Assembly (NCBI GenBank): GCA_030324005.1
Contig: JARDVH010000025.1
Location: forward strand, 45,179,439 to 45,243,438
DNA: 64,000 nt
Direction: 5' to 3'
Source: Negaprion brevirostris
Lineage: Eukaryota
The translations under genes and the position numbers were made by a program. The notes under the pieces were generated by a model. That model searched no databases. It saw only the letters and a list, made by a program, of their open reading frames with translations, and had not been told where the DNA came from. Shown piece after piece: positions 1-11,818 of this stretch (position 1 is its first letter; each line of letters starts with the position of its first letter).

Positions 1-103
1 AGTGGAACTGATTCACTTCAGATCAGCCATGATCTTATTGAATGGCAGGGCAGGCTCGAAGGGCTAGATGGCCTACTCCTGCTTCAATTTCTTATGTTCT
101 TAT
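1..103 (+). mobile_element. CR1 LINE 3' terminus
   Basis: cagatcagccatgatcttattgaatggc...ggcctactcctgct...ttcttatgttcttatg; the same tail recurs at 20326 and 43672 on the - strand. Confidence 0.85.
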
Positions 104-282
104 GACTCTGAATTGGACTTGATTTGATTGAATTCTGGATGCCCATCCTCCCAGGACAGCTGGAGTCTTCAAAAGAATGGTGTGAGGAAGGGCAATTTAG
201 AGCCCTACAGTGCAGAAAGAGGCCCTTTGGCCCATTAAGTCTATTGACATGATCACAGCCATTATACTTTCTTGCAAGTATA

Positions 283-420
283 TAAAGGCAAAATACTGCA
301 GATGCTGGAATCTGAAACAGGAACAGAAAATACTGGAAAATCTCAGCAGGTCTGATAGCAATTGTGGAGAGAGAATAGAGCCAATGTTTCAAGTCAGGAT
401 GACCCTTTATCAGAGTTAAG
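283..420 (-). mobile_element. Penelope-type terminal repeat fragment
   Basis: Reverse complement ctgataaagggtcatcctgacttgaaacattggctctattctctctccac... closely matches 46963-47070 and carries a decayed hammerhead-like core. Family assignment is from recalled shark repeats. Confidence 0.6.
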
Positions 421-439
421 GAGAACTGGAAATAGATGT

Positions 440-905
440 AAGTACACCTACGGTGCTATTAGGAAGGGTTTTTCTGGATTTTGACCCAGCAACACTGAAG
501 GAATGGTGATATAGTTCCAAGTGAGGATGGTGAGTGGCTTGATGCATCACTTCCAGGTGGTGGTGTTCCCATTTGTCTGCTCATTTGTTCTTCTAGATGA
601 TAGCAGCTGTGGGTTTGGAAGATGCTATCTAAAGAGCCTTAGTGATTTCTGTAATGCATCATGGAGATGCCACATATTGCTGTGTGTCAGTGGTGGAGGG
701 GGTGAATGTTTGTGGATGGGGTGCCAATCAAGTGCATTGCTTTGTCCTGGGTGGTGTCAGGCTGCTTGAGTGTTGTTGGAGATGCAGTCATCTAGGCAAA
801 TGGAGAGTATCCCATTACAGTCCTGACTTGTGCCTTGTAGATGGTAGGCAGCCTGAGGTGGGTCAGGAAGTGAGTTACCACAGGATTTCTAGTCCTGATT
901 GCCAC
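440..905 (-). mobile_element. CR1/L2-type LINE (second family), 3' ORF2 fragment
   Basis: Homologous to 42700-43100 (+) and 56800-57340 (-). Confidence 0.75.
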
Positions 906-2568
906 ACCTTCCCTGCTGATCAGGACTTGAGGGTCTAGTCTGGCTCTCTAGCTCTGTTTCTTAAGTGAAAAAGCATGCAGATTTTATTGGCTAAGTCTGC
1001 TGCTTGAAATTTTAATGACCATTTTTATTAATTACCCCTTTTTAAAATTATCAATTTATTGCATTGATTTTTTTTGATTCCTATTTAATGTTGTGCCAAA
1101 CCTTATCTTTCTGAATTTTGCCCTTCGGCCCCTCAAGTGGAAAGAAAATTGAAATGTGGCCCCTCATACATTAAGGTTATAGAAGCATGCTTCAGTTGGA
1201 CCTGATTGCCTGCTTTTATCTGTCTCCTCTTTCTTTTGTTTCTGCTCCCAGTGGAAGGATTGACTTGCCAGATATATTTCAAATGCTCAGGATCAGGGAT
1301 TTCCCAATACAATGGTTTTATATCTTCTCACTTTTCCTTTTGAGAATAGTGTAAAGTGGTGGAAGGAATTGCAGGCTGTTAACAGTCTGAAAGATTGTGT
1401 GTGAACGCTCCTTCCATTGTCCTCATTATCTTCCTAACAGCTGATAGGATGGCTAATCCTCTATGCTGGGAGTTTTTTTAAATAGGCTTTTGCAACCCAT
1501 ATGCTGAAGTGGAAGTCAATTTGTACCATTAGATGCCAAGCAAGAATTTAAAGCACAGCTTTAGTCACCGCTCCTGGGACTGTTTGGAACCAGACTTAAA
1601 TATTACACCTTTTGACCTAGGAATAAGTCAGAGGCTGGCTCCAGTACATTGGATATGAGACTTTTATTGACTACTGGGCAAGACTAACAAATTGATTTAT
1701 TGCTTAGTCTTTGGGGAAAACAACTACCATTAACCCAATAACTCATTATGCCTATTCTTTAACTTGAGAGAATATATTCTGCCTTTCATAATGCTATTTA
1801 AAGTAACACCCTCTCAAAATTCGTGTGAAAAAATGGTCAAATTTCCCAATGTTACTGTGTTTCAGAGGAGTGTAAGAAAAGTTTTGTTGAGAATCTTTTT
1901 TTCATTGAGCATGCAAAGTCCATATTCATGTAAAATAATAGGTAATTTTTGATACTCATACTTCAGATCTACACAGTAATTTAGTGACCGTAGACTTTTA
2001 GTTTAGTGGCAAACTGAAGAATTCTTCTAATCATTTGCTGTAACTTTGGCAGATAATCTGAACTGGACACTCAATGGTCCAGAATTTTGTGGAGTAGGGC
2101 ATCTCATGGCAGGTCCTGTTAGTTAAATTTGTTATCTTATCCTTCAACNNNNNTTTGGCCACAAAGTTGCTGGAAGAATCAGTTGTTAAAGATGCAAATG
2201 AAAGACAGGGCATATGGGAGGTTAATGAACAATGAGGCAAATATGAGATTAACTAATGAGCTTTAAGATTGAAAAACAAAATGAGGAAGGATTGAGAAGG
2301 AGAATAAATTAGAGTGGGGGAATTCAACATCAAATCTGGTATGGGTAAATTCGGAAAGATAAATAAAGGCAGGGAAAGAAGAGTAGAATAAGAGAATGAC
2401 ACAAGGAAAGTTCTCCAACAACAATTTGCTACCTAAAATGAGACTTCACATTTTTAATTGAAATTTTGAAAAAGTGATTAATTAGCAGTCATTTCAGTTC
2501 CCACATTGTTACAAGGATACATATACTATTAATTGCTGGACTTGTCGTTCTGTTTCATTTTGGGCAAT

Positions 2569-2837
2569 TGTAATAACTCCACGGAGGTAAAAGTCCCACC
2601 ACCAAGTTACTTTATTTTCATCATACATCTGTATACACTCATTCCCTGCTGAATGTAGGCTGGAAGTCTGAAACACCTGCTTTAAATAAGGAGCATGAAC
2701 CTCCCTGATTTAACCATCAATTAGGACTCAGCAGGTAGTTCTTTTTGGGTACCAACCAAATAAACAAAATCAAATTAATTGAGGGACATATGACTCATGC
2801 GGTAGTTCATAACCTCATTAGCCTTACTGAAGTCACA
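2569..2837 (-). mobile_element. Solo LTR (269 bp)
   Basis: TG...CA ends (tgtaa.../...tcaca) with an exact 5-bp TSD GCAAT at 2564-2568 and 2838-2842. On the - strand a TATA-like TATTTAAA precedes AATAAA. Confidence 0.8.
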
Positions 2838-2848
2838 GCAATGAATGT

Positions 2849-3086
2849 ACAAATCTGGAATTAAGAATCTACTGATGACCATGAAACCATTGTCACTTGT
2901 CGGGAAAGACCCACCTCATTCGTGAATGTTCTTTTAGGGAAAGAAATCTGCCATCTTTAACTGGTTTGGTCTACTCCAGAGCCACAACGATGTAGTTGAC
3001 TGTCATCTGAACAAGGGCAACTAGGGATGGGCAATAAATGCTGGCCAGCCAACGACACCCATGTCCCATGAATGAATAAAGAAAAT
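2849..3086 (+). mobile_element. 5'-truncated SINE sharing its 3' tail with the second CR1/L2-type family
   Basis: Tail gggcaactagggatgggcaataaatgctggcc...atgaatgaataaag matches the LINE tails at 43190-43256 and 56680-56750. Confidence 0.75.
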
Positions 3087-4242
3087 GCAGTGATTTCATG
3101 AAAATCATGGGAGGTTAAGGATGAGATTCCATCGTCTCTAACAATGGGGTTGGACAAATCGGCCTTGTAATGATTTGCAATTCATGGTGGAGCTTTTCCT
3201 GCTTACAATGTGCTATCCCATTTGAACATTAATAATAGGGTTTTATTGTAACGGATGCCCTCATTCTTTTCATCACATTCTTGGCCAGTATAATTATATT
3301 TATATTGTTTCTCCTGGGGTTTCTATGGTTCCTGCATTGAAGTTGTAGTGGGCCACTAGGAGAATCTTTATAAAATACTCAATACGTAAGTACATGGTTA
3401 GAAAGAAATAAAGTTAAGAAACCATTTCATTTCTTTTAATGACTCTTATCATTTGCATGTATTATGAATCGTTAGAAGTCAGTAACAGAGATTCAAACAC
3501 TGCCATAAAAACTAAATCAGATGCATCACAGCCAACAGCAACAGTGTTTTAGTGGTTAGTTCCATTTGCTCTGATTTTGTAATTTTGAAACACAGTAAAT
3601 TTAAAAGATTTCTATTGTTAAATGCAGTTTTAAGTGAGCTTCCGAATGTGAAAGAGTCAGCAAAATCAACCAAATGACTAAACTCCGTGCAGTCTGATCA
3701 GGAGTCAAACAACAATCCCTCCTCCACTACCCATTTGATTCCGAAGTCCATGAACAGCGATGTACACTTTCTTGTACTTCTTAGGAAATCTGATATTACA
3801 TTTGAATCTTTATCTATTTCCCCTGAGCTGAATGGTTCATACCAGTGGAGAGAGCAGAATTCTCCATTTGCTCCAATAATGATAAATTCTGTATATCTGG
3901 ATTTCCTCAAGAAAAAAAAGTAACTCTTACACTTTGATTACATCCTGTGGACTATTGTCCTGGCATTTAATCACTGCAAGAGCTGTTTATTGCCTCATGT
4001 GCCCCTGATAAATGGAAGATATAATTTTGTTAAACTACTATTGAATCAGTATCAGTGATGCTGTGGAATTATATATAAAGCTAACTCAAAGTGTTTACTT
4101 TAGAATTTTAATTAAATTCTCCTGCCTCTCCTTAAATAAAAGTTTCGTTGCCAAACTATCAAACTGTGGAAGATTTAGAACTGCCACTAAAACCTATTAA
4201 TGGCACCCATTGAAATTTCCTTGTATCATATGAGAAATTCTC

Positions 4243-4400
4243 AAAAGCAAAATGAATAATGCTGCAGATGTTTGAACTATGAAATGATAATGGAAAATGC
4301 TGGAAATGTCCAGTAAATCGAACAGTATCTGTGGTGAGAATAAAGTAGGATTGGTGTTTCAAATGTTTTTGTCAGGCTTTAGCATTTTCCGCTTTCATTT
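4243..4400 (-). mobile_element. Old Penelope-type terminal fragment
   Basis: Diverged copy of 283-420 (gctgcagatg...gaaaatgctggaaat...atctgtgg). Confidence 0.45.
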
Positions 4401-6557
4401 GAAAAAAATTCCATATAGTTGTGAATATAAAGGTGATAATTACTACTATCAGGGACCCTGACCCACAATGAATACATTGACGCTTGCCTTTGCTTTTTGC
4501 TTTATATTTTAAACCTTCTGATCTGTGTATGGTTTCTTAGTGATCAGCTCCTAATTAAAATATGAAAGAAGGGGAAAAAAAGGAGGACTATCGTTGTTAA
4601 CACATAGAATCTCCAAAGGTTCTGCACCAGGTGCAATGGAATCATGTGGACTACAAATAAATAAAAATCTATTAAAATACAAATAAATGATGCTTTGAGC
4701 CAAAAGTCAACAAGAATATTGTGCTCAGCTTTGCGTATTTAACATGTCAGAGGGTGTTCCATTTTGGTTCATCTTGCACTTCTTGTTTATTATTGTTACC
4801 TTTTTTTTGCATTTATAAAGTTAATTGTATTCTGCTGATTGCATCCGAATGAACTGGTGTTAATGGAGCCAGTGCTTTGAATTAACTCAATTATCACAAG
4901 TCAATTGCTGTATCATTTCGTCCACTAACCCATTACATTCTGATGTCCATGAACTGAGATTAATATTCCCTTATACTTGCCAAGCTATCTTATAATCACT
5001 GAATCACAAAACTGTTACACTGCAGAAGGAGACCATTTAGCCCATCATGTCTGTGTTGGCTTTTTGAATGATCATTTTGCTTTGTCCCATTCTGTTGCCT
5101 TCTCTTCATAACCCTGCACATTCTTCCTTTTCAGATAATAATCCTATTCCCCTTTGAATGTCTCTATTAAACTTACCTCTACCACACTCTCAGACAGTGT
5201 ATTTTAGATCTTAACCACTTGCTGCATGAAAGAAATGCTCCTCATGTCTCCATTGCTATTTTGTCAATTATCTTAAATCTGTGCCCTCTCATACATGACC
5301 CTTCTGCAAGTGAGAACAGTTTCTCCCTGTCTACTCTGTGCAGGTCATTGATTATTTTGAATAACTTTATCAAATTTTCTCTCCAATTTCTCTTCTCCAA
5401 GGAAAACAGTCCCAACTTCTCCAATCCATCTACAGACTTTAAGTTTCTCATCCTGGAACCATTCTCATGATTTTTTTCTGCATTCATAACTGGAAACAAC
5501 ACTCCACTTGAGGTTGAAACATGTTTTATGCAAGATTAAGATAATGTTCCAGCTTTTGCAATCTATGCCCTGATTGATAAAACCTAGAATGCTATATGCT
5601 TTATTAACATTTTTTCAATCTGTCCTGCAACCTTCAGTAACTTTTGCACATATACAACCAGGTTTCTCTATTCCTGCACCCTCTTTGGAATTGTACCCTT
5701 TATCTTATATGTTCCTCCATATTCTTCTTGCTAAATTACATCAATTCAGGCTTCTATGCATTCAACTTCATTGGCTACCTGTCCACCCATTCTACCAACT
5801 TGTCTATGTCCTTTTGAAGTTATACACTATCATTCTCACAGTTCACAATGTTCCCAAGTTGTATATCATGCAGAAATTTTTAAGCTGTGTTCTCTTCTAC
5901 ATCTAAGTCTAGGTCATCATATATATGAGAAAGGACAAGGGTCCTAACACCAATCCCTGGAGAACTCCTTCCTCCACTCTAAAACACCCTTTAATCACTA
6001 CTCTTTGTTTTTGTCACTCAGTCAATTTTGTATCCATGCTGATACTCTCACTTTCATTCCATGAGCTATAACTTTGCTCTCAATTTGTTGTGTCACATTT
6101 TGCTAATTGCCTTTCAGAAGTCTATCAGCAGCATTATACTCATCAACCCTCTCTGTTACCTCTTCAAAAGCTCCAGCGAATTACCTAAAAAATATTTCCC
6201 TTAAAAGAAATCCATGCTGGTGCTGCATAATTAACTTCGTGCAAGTGACTATTGATTTTGTCCTTAATTATTGTTTCTGGAATCTTCCCTACCACCAAAG
6301 TTAAATCGACTGGCTTACAACTGCTGGGTTTATCTTTACTCCATTTTTTTAAACAAGGGCGTAACATTTTCAATTTTCCAATTCTTTGGCACCACTCCTA
6401 AGTCTAAGGAAGATTGGACAATTACGGCCAGTGTCTCTGCAATTTCCGCTCTCACATCTTCAAGTGTCCTTCAATGCAATTCATCCAGTCCTGATGCCTT
6501 ATCAACTTTAAGTGTTATCAATTTAAATGCGCAACATCTTCTTTGGTAAAGGCATAT

Positions 6558-6835
6558 AATAGAACATAGAACATAGAACATTACAGCGCAGAACAGGCCC
6601 TTCGGCCCACGATGTTGCGCCGACCAANNNNNNNNNNNNNNNNNNNNNNNNNNNNNNNNNNNNNNNNNNNNNNNNNNNNNNNNNNNNNNNNNNNNNNNNN
6701 NNNNNNNNNNNNNNNNNNNNNNNNNNNCATCTGCATTTTCTGCAGAAGCCTTCCATGGTGAACCTTATCAAACGCCTTACTAAAGTCCATATATACCACG
6801 TCAAATGCCTTACCCCCATCCACCTCTTTGGTCAA
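6558..6835 (-). mobile_element. Young CR1 LINE (3' tail plus RT fragment, collapsed across a gap)
   Basis: (catagaa)n tail; VDGGKAFDVVYMDFSKAFDKVHHGRLLQK. Confidence 0.9.
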
Positions 6836-6965
6836 ATAATAATAAGAATTAATTTAGCGCCACTTCTTTTCTCCTGCCTCCAAATGTGAAAACTCCTTTT
6901 TGGTCCCATTTCAGCTCCTTGTTTACTGATGCTTCTGCCAAGAGAAGACTTTTGGATTGCTATTT

Positions 6966-7297
6966 ATAGAATCATAAAATTCCTACAGAAGGAGGCCATT
7001 CAGCCCATCAAGCCTACACTGAGTCTCTGACAGATCATCCCACCCAGGTTCTGTCCCCTTAATCTCACATTCATACTCCACTAATCCCCCTAACCTACAC
7101 ATTTTGGGGCATTAAGGGACAATTTTGCATGACCAATCCCCTAAGCCTGCACAGTGGGAAGAAACTGGAACACCCAGAGGACACCCACCGAAACACAGGG
7201 AGAATGTGCAAACTCCACACAGACAGTCATCCAAGGCAGAATTGAACCCATGTCCGTGGTGCTATGGGGCAGCAGTGCTAAGCATTGTACCATCATG
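6966..7297 (-). mobile_element. HE1-type V-SINE
   Basis: tRNA-like head, V-domain (tgtctgtgtggagtttgcacattctcc) and CR1-like tail. Confidence 0.85.
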
Positions 7298-8159
7298 TTG
7301 TCTCACATTAGCTGCCAGTCTCTTTTCATATTCTTTCTTACTTTGTTTATTTTATTTTTCAATTCCCCTCAAAACCTTTTACACTGAGCCTGGTTCTGAG
7401 TTGCTTTATCCACCAAACATCTAACATAAGTACATTTTTTTACTCATCATCTGAATTTCTACCTGTTTTGTTATCTGTAAAGCTCTGGATTTGTTTGCCT
7501 TATCTTTCCCCTTTGTGGGAATATGACTATTCATGAACCAACTGTTTTTTAAGGCAGCTCATTGTTTAGCTAGACTGATGCATTAGTTTTCAATTTATTT
7601 GGATCATATCCATTCTTACCCCGTTGAAGTTTCCTTTCCCCTACATTAATTATTCCTTGTCCTTTTCCATAGCCATNNNNNNNTTGTGATAAAGTGATTA
7701 GTATTCTCTAAATGTTCCTCTACGGACTGTGCTCCCCTATACAGGGGACGTCATGACCGTGACTCTGGCTGCACTTATCAGATAATCCAACACTCTCATT
7801 GGTATTCAGAATAGAAACTGTTTGGAGAGTGACATGCACTCAGGGGACTCCTGCACTACCTACCTGTTTCTTACTGACTGTCTGGTAGTCAACCAATCAC
7901 TGTCCCTGAATACTCTTAAGATGCATGCTGTCCACATCTCTAACTGTGCTGTCCACAAAGCTTTCAATCTCACAAGTGCACCACAGTGACACCGACTGCT
8001 AATCATGATCTGAACATGGACTGTGAGCTGCTGCAACTGATGACAATTATTGCACAAATGGTTATTCTGGACTGAGGAACTGTCCTGGAGTTCCCACAAG
8101 GCACAGGACATACATTCTAGAGACAGGGGTAGCTCTGCCTTCCCTCTGTTTATTGGATA

Positions 8160-8295
8160 CTAAACCTTGCTACTAGTAATAAACCTTACTACTGCTAATA
8201 AAATTGCCGCTGCTAATAAAATCTGCTACAATTAATAAACCTTATTAATACTAATGAACCTTGCTGCTATGCACAAACCTTTGCTAACACTAACA
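8160..8295. repeat. Degenerate ~19-20 bp tandem repeat
   Basis: About 6-7 units resembling aataaaccttgctactgct. Confidence 0.7.
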
Positions 8296-9344
8296 TACCT
8301 CACTTAAAATAAAAGACCAATTAGTCATTTCCCTTCTATTGGTGACACTTAAATATCAAAAGCTAATTCAATGCTTTACTTAGAATTGTTAATACTTTGC
8401 AGTACTTTTGCGATATTAATATAATATTAATAATCATAATTGTAATATTAAAATTGAATCTTTGACTATTTATTCTGAATTAAATGTTTGACAGCAGTGG
8501 AGAAAGCAGCATTCTCCATATACTGTAATAGTGATAAATTCTGTTTGTCTGGACTGTCCCAAGGGAAAACAGTAACTCCTTCATTTTGGAACTGAGGACT
8601 TCAAGTCTGTTATAGGAAATATACAGAGATAGATTTGTTAAGTCAACATCTGTGATGTAGTACTTTGCCTATTGCCAGTGAGTGTCAGAAAATCACTATC
8701 TGTAATTTTCTAACCACTGTGGACACCACACCAACAATATTTCACAATGTAATTGCTGTGGGAAAAGTGCCCAATGTCAGAAGTGGATATGAAAACTATA
8801 GGTGGAATTTTCTGGACTTAGTCCCTGCTGGAACAACAGGGTAACTTGCAAGTTAGTGACTTGATTTGCTATTTGATGAACTTTGCCATAATATTTATCC
8901 TAAGCCAGAGCATTATTATCCCACCTCCAGGTTCACTAACAAATGCAGGCTTGTCCAATCTTTTTGTGTGGGGGGAAGAGGGTGGGGGTGATTGGGGGGT
9001 TGGGGGGGGGCACATGACAATTTCTCTCCCATTCAGGATGGGGATGGGGAGATTTGCTGAGTGGGTGGCGATATGTAAATTTCAGAAAGATAAGATTTGG
9101 CACAACAATAAACATGTTTTTTAAGAAGTTAACGTGTCAAAAGGGACAACTTGCTCTCACAACAATAAATTGAATAATTAAAAAAAATACGTAAAGATGA
9201 CCATTAGAGCATGAAAGGGTGAGAATGTATGTGCCCTGCTCACTCCCAGTCTCAGGATACTCTCGCACTCACCCATGAGAGCGTCTGTTGGTTTGTGGGG
9301 GTGGGGGTGAATGAGAGCCACTGTTTTCCTGATCTCTCACCCCT

Positions 9345-9380
9345 TCTCACACACATGCACACACAAACACACACACACAC
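9345..9380. repeat. (CA)n microsatellite
   Basis: Imperfect CA run. Confidence 0.85.
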
Positions 9381-9564
9381 TTATCATTAAAATTAAATGA
9401 ATGATCTGTCCTTTACTTGTATAGGTAATAACATAGACATTAGGTCAGTCAGGTATCTGGATTGAATATTTACAATAATAATGATGTCAATAATCCATAC
9501 AGATTGGTGTTCAATGCTTGAGTTTTGCTGAGCAATTATGGATTATAGTATAACAGGTGCATCC

Positions 9565-9865
9565 ACATTCTGTCATCCATCCTCACCCACACCCTTTCAC
9601 TCATCCTCATTCTCACCATCACTGACATCCTTGTATCCTCCTTCACTCTCACTCTCATCTATCCACATGCTCACTCTGTTACCCACCCACACTCTATCCT
9701 GTCACCCACCCACATTTTCACTCAGTCACCCACCCACACTCTCAGTCTCACATTCTTATCCACTTTCATTCTCATTCACCCACTTCATACCTACTAATTA
9801 ACCCACCCTCACACTCATTTACTCACTCATCCACCCTCACACTCACTTACTCACCCTCATCCACT
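9565..9865. repeat. Low-complexity CACC/CACT/CATC tract
   Basis: Nearly G-free; explains the spurious S/P/T/H-rich ORF at 9538-9801. Confidence 0.8.
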
Positions 9866-10224
9866 ATTGGGGGGGTAGGTACAATGAGAGCGGAAGGGAC
9901 ACTTGGAGTGAGACCTGAGGCCTAGCGCTGTCTGGATGTGGGTGCACACCAAGTGGTGGGCCAAGAAGTGGGGGGAGGCAAAGGATGGCCATGGAAATGG
10001 GGAAGAACCGGGGAAAGTGGAGAGCACTGGAGATAATCGACAGGAGCTAGGTCAAAGTAAGAGGAAAGCAGCCAGAATCATGGGAATGTGTAATGACCGA
10101 AGACTCTACATACTCTAGAGTCTCTCCCCTTACTCACAGTTGCCAGTGTTCACTGCTCCTCCAGTCACAGCCTGTTTCTCTACCATGTTTGTTGCTAAGA
10201 GGCTCACTATTTACCCTGGTCATC

Positions 10225-10375
10225 TTGATGGAGGATAAATATTGGCAAGAGCATTAGAAATAACTCCTTTCCTCTTGTTCAGAGTGTTGCCATGGCCACC
10301 TTTTACATCCACCCGAGAGAGCAGTCAGGCCTCAACTTAATATCTCATTCAAGAGAACTGCAGCTCCAACAGTGC
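10225..10375 (-). mobile_element. Duplicated Deu-SINE core fragment
   Basis: 151 bp, nearly identical to 10982-11132. Confidence 0.8.
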
Positions 10376-10389
10376 TAGCAGCATTAGAT

Positions 10390-10830
10390 GTATTGAATGG
10401 CAGAGCAGGCTTGAGGGGCCTAACTGCCTACTTTCTTATGGTCATATGGAAAACTTTGTTATAAAGGAAAATTGGATAGGCTAGATCTTATTTCTTTGGA
10501 ATTGCAGAGGTTCAGTGGAGACCTATATAAAGCTATCAGGAGTCTGGGCCATATTTCCCTTCATTTGAGGGCTCTATATCCAGTGGGTACAGAATTCAAG
10601 GGATGATTTTATCACTCAGAGGGCTATGGATGTCACTGCCTGAAAGGGTGATCAAGCAGAAACTGTCATAATATAAAAAAAACTTAGCTATTTACTTGAA
10701 GTGTTGTAACCTGCAGGGCTATCACCAAAAACTGGGAAATGGAATTAGATTGGAAAGCTCCTTGTCAGCTGATGTGGACACAATGGACCAAATGGCCTCT
10801 TTCATGCTGTAAATTTCTATAATTCTCTGG
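10390..10830 (+). mobile_element. CR1 3' fragments
   Basis: gtattgaatggcagagcaggcttgaggggcc tail, then a decayed ORF2 end ending ggaccaaatggcctctttcatgctgtaaatttctataattct. Confidence 0.7.
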
Positions 10831-10954
10831 TTGGTCTCCATAGTTCTCTTTTCTGCAAAAATGGGGACATTCAAAATTTTGCTGTCTGTGCTGTAACCTG
10901 CAGCAAGTCTTCCTCACTCATTACCTCTGCACTTACTGCCAGAGCAACTGGGTA

Positions 10955-11260
10955 ATAACCAGATCATCTGTTTTTGTGATGTTGATGGAGGGTAAATATT
11001 GGCCAGAGCATTAGAAATAACTCCTTTCCTCTTGATCAGAGTGTTACCATGGCCACCTTTTACATCCACCCAAGAGAGCAGTCAGGCCTCAACTTAATAT
11101 CTCATTCAAGAGAACTGCAGCTCCAACAGTGCAACATTCCCTCTGCAATGGACGCTGGATGTTCCCCTTGACATTGGTCTTCAAGTCCTGGAGTGGGACC
11201 TGAACCCAGAAACTTTTAGACTCAGAAATGAGAGTATGACCAACTGAACCAAAGCTGATA
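10955..11260 (-). mobile_element. Deu-domain SINE (SacSINE1/AmnSINE1-like)
   Basis: Reverse complement has a tRNA-like head with B-box (gggttcaggtccc) and a Deu-like core gcactgttggagctgcag...ggtggatgtaaaaggtggccatgg...ggccaatattta. Confidence 0.75.
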
Positions 11261-11494
11261 TATTCTATTATACTGTCAAATTTAGTTTGTTCACCCTCTC
11301 CAGCACTTTGAGATATTAAATGCCATTAAAGGCACATTGTTACTGAGATTGCAAACTTTCTCTAACCAGCAGTTCCAAAGCATTAAGTTACGCTAACACG
11401 GGAAATTTTAAAGATATAAGTAAGCATATAGTTAAGCCTTTCATGGCATTTAGAGGTCCTGTGCTTTTTTAAAAGATCATAACTGCATGCTAAA

Positions 11495-11818
11495 GAATCA
11501 TAGAAACCCTACAGTGCAGAAGAAGGCCATTTGTCCCATCAAGTCTGCACCGAAAACAATCCCATCCAGGCCCACATATTTACCCTGCTAATCCCTCTAA
11601 TGTACACACCTCAGGACACTAAGGGGAAGTGTAGCATGGCCAATCAACCTAACCTGCACATCTTTGGACTGTGGGAGGAAACCAGAGCATCTAAAGGAAA
11701 CCCAAGCAGACACGGGGAGCGTGTGCAAACTTCACACAAGCAGTGATCCAAATTGGGAATCAAATCAGATCCCTGAACTGTGAGGCAGCAGTGCTAATCA
11801 CTGTGCCACCATGCCATC
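11495..11818 (-). mobile_element. HE1-type V-SINE
   Basis: Head ggcatggtggcacagtgattagcactgctgcctcacag, V-domain and CR1-like tail. Confidence 0.9.

Larger units (their letters stand above)
5000..8150 (-). mobile_element. Decayed, internally deleted near-full-length CR1 LINE, interrupted by two younger insertions
   Basis: 3' ORF2 LEKLGLFSLEKR...GHRFK (5242-5502); RT-upstream KPVDLTLVVGKIPETIIKDKINSHL (6185-6373); ORF1-like Cys-rich CALWELQD...CNNCHQLQQL (7860-8111). Confidence 0.8.

Noticed and set aside
3687-3923. Overlapping ORFs on both strands
   Set aside because: Short, with no recognisable homology or splice signals.
8160-8295. Regularly spaced short repeats suggestive of CRISPR
   Set aside because: Degenerate head-to-tail minisatellite with no unique spacers, in a vertebrate genome.
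9405-9432. AG|GT recursive-splice-like sites here and at ~55093
   Set aside because: Weak polypyrimidine tracts and non-consensus donors; expected by chance.
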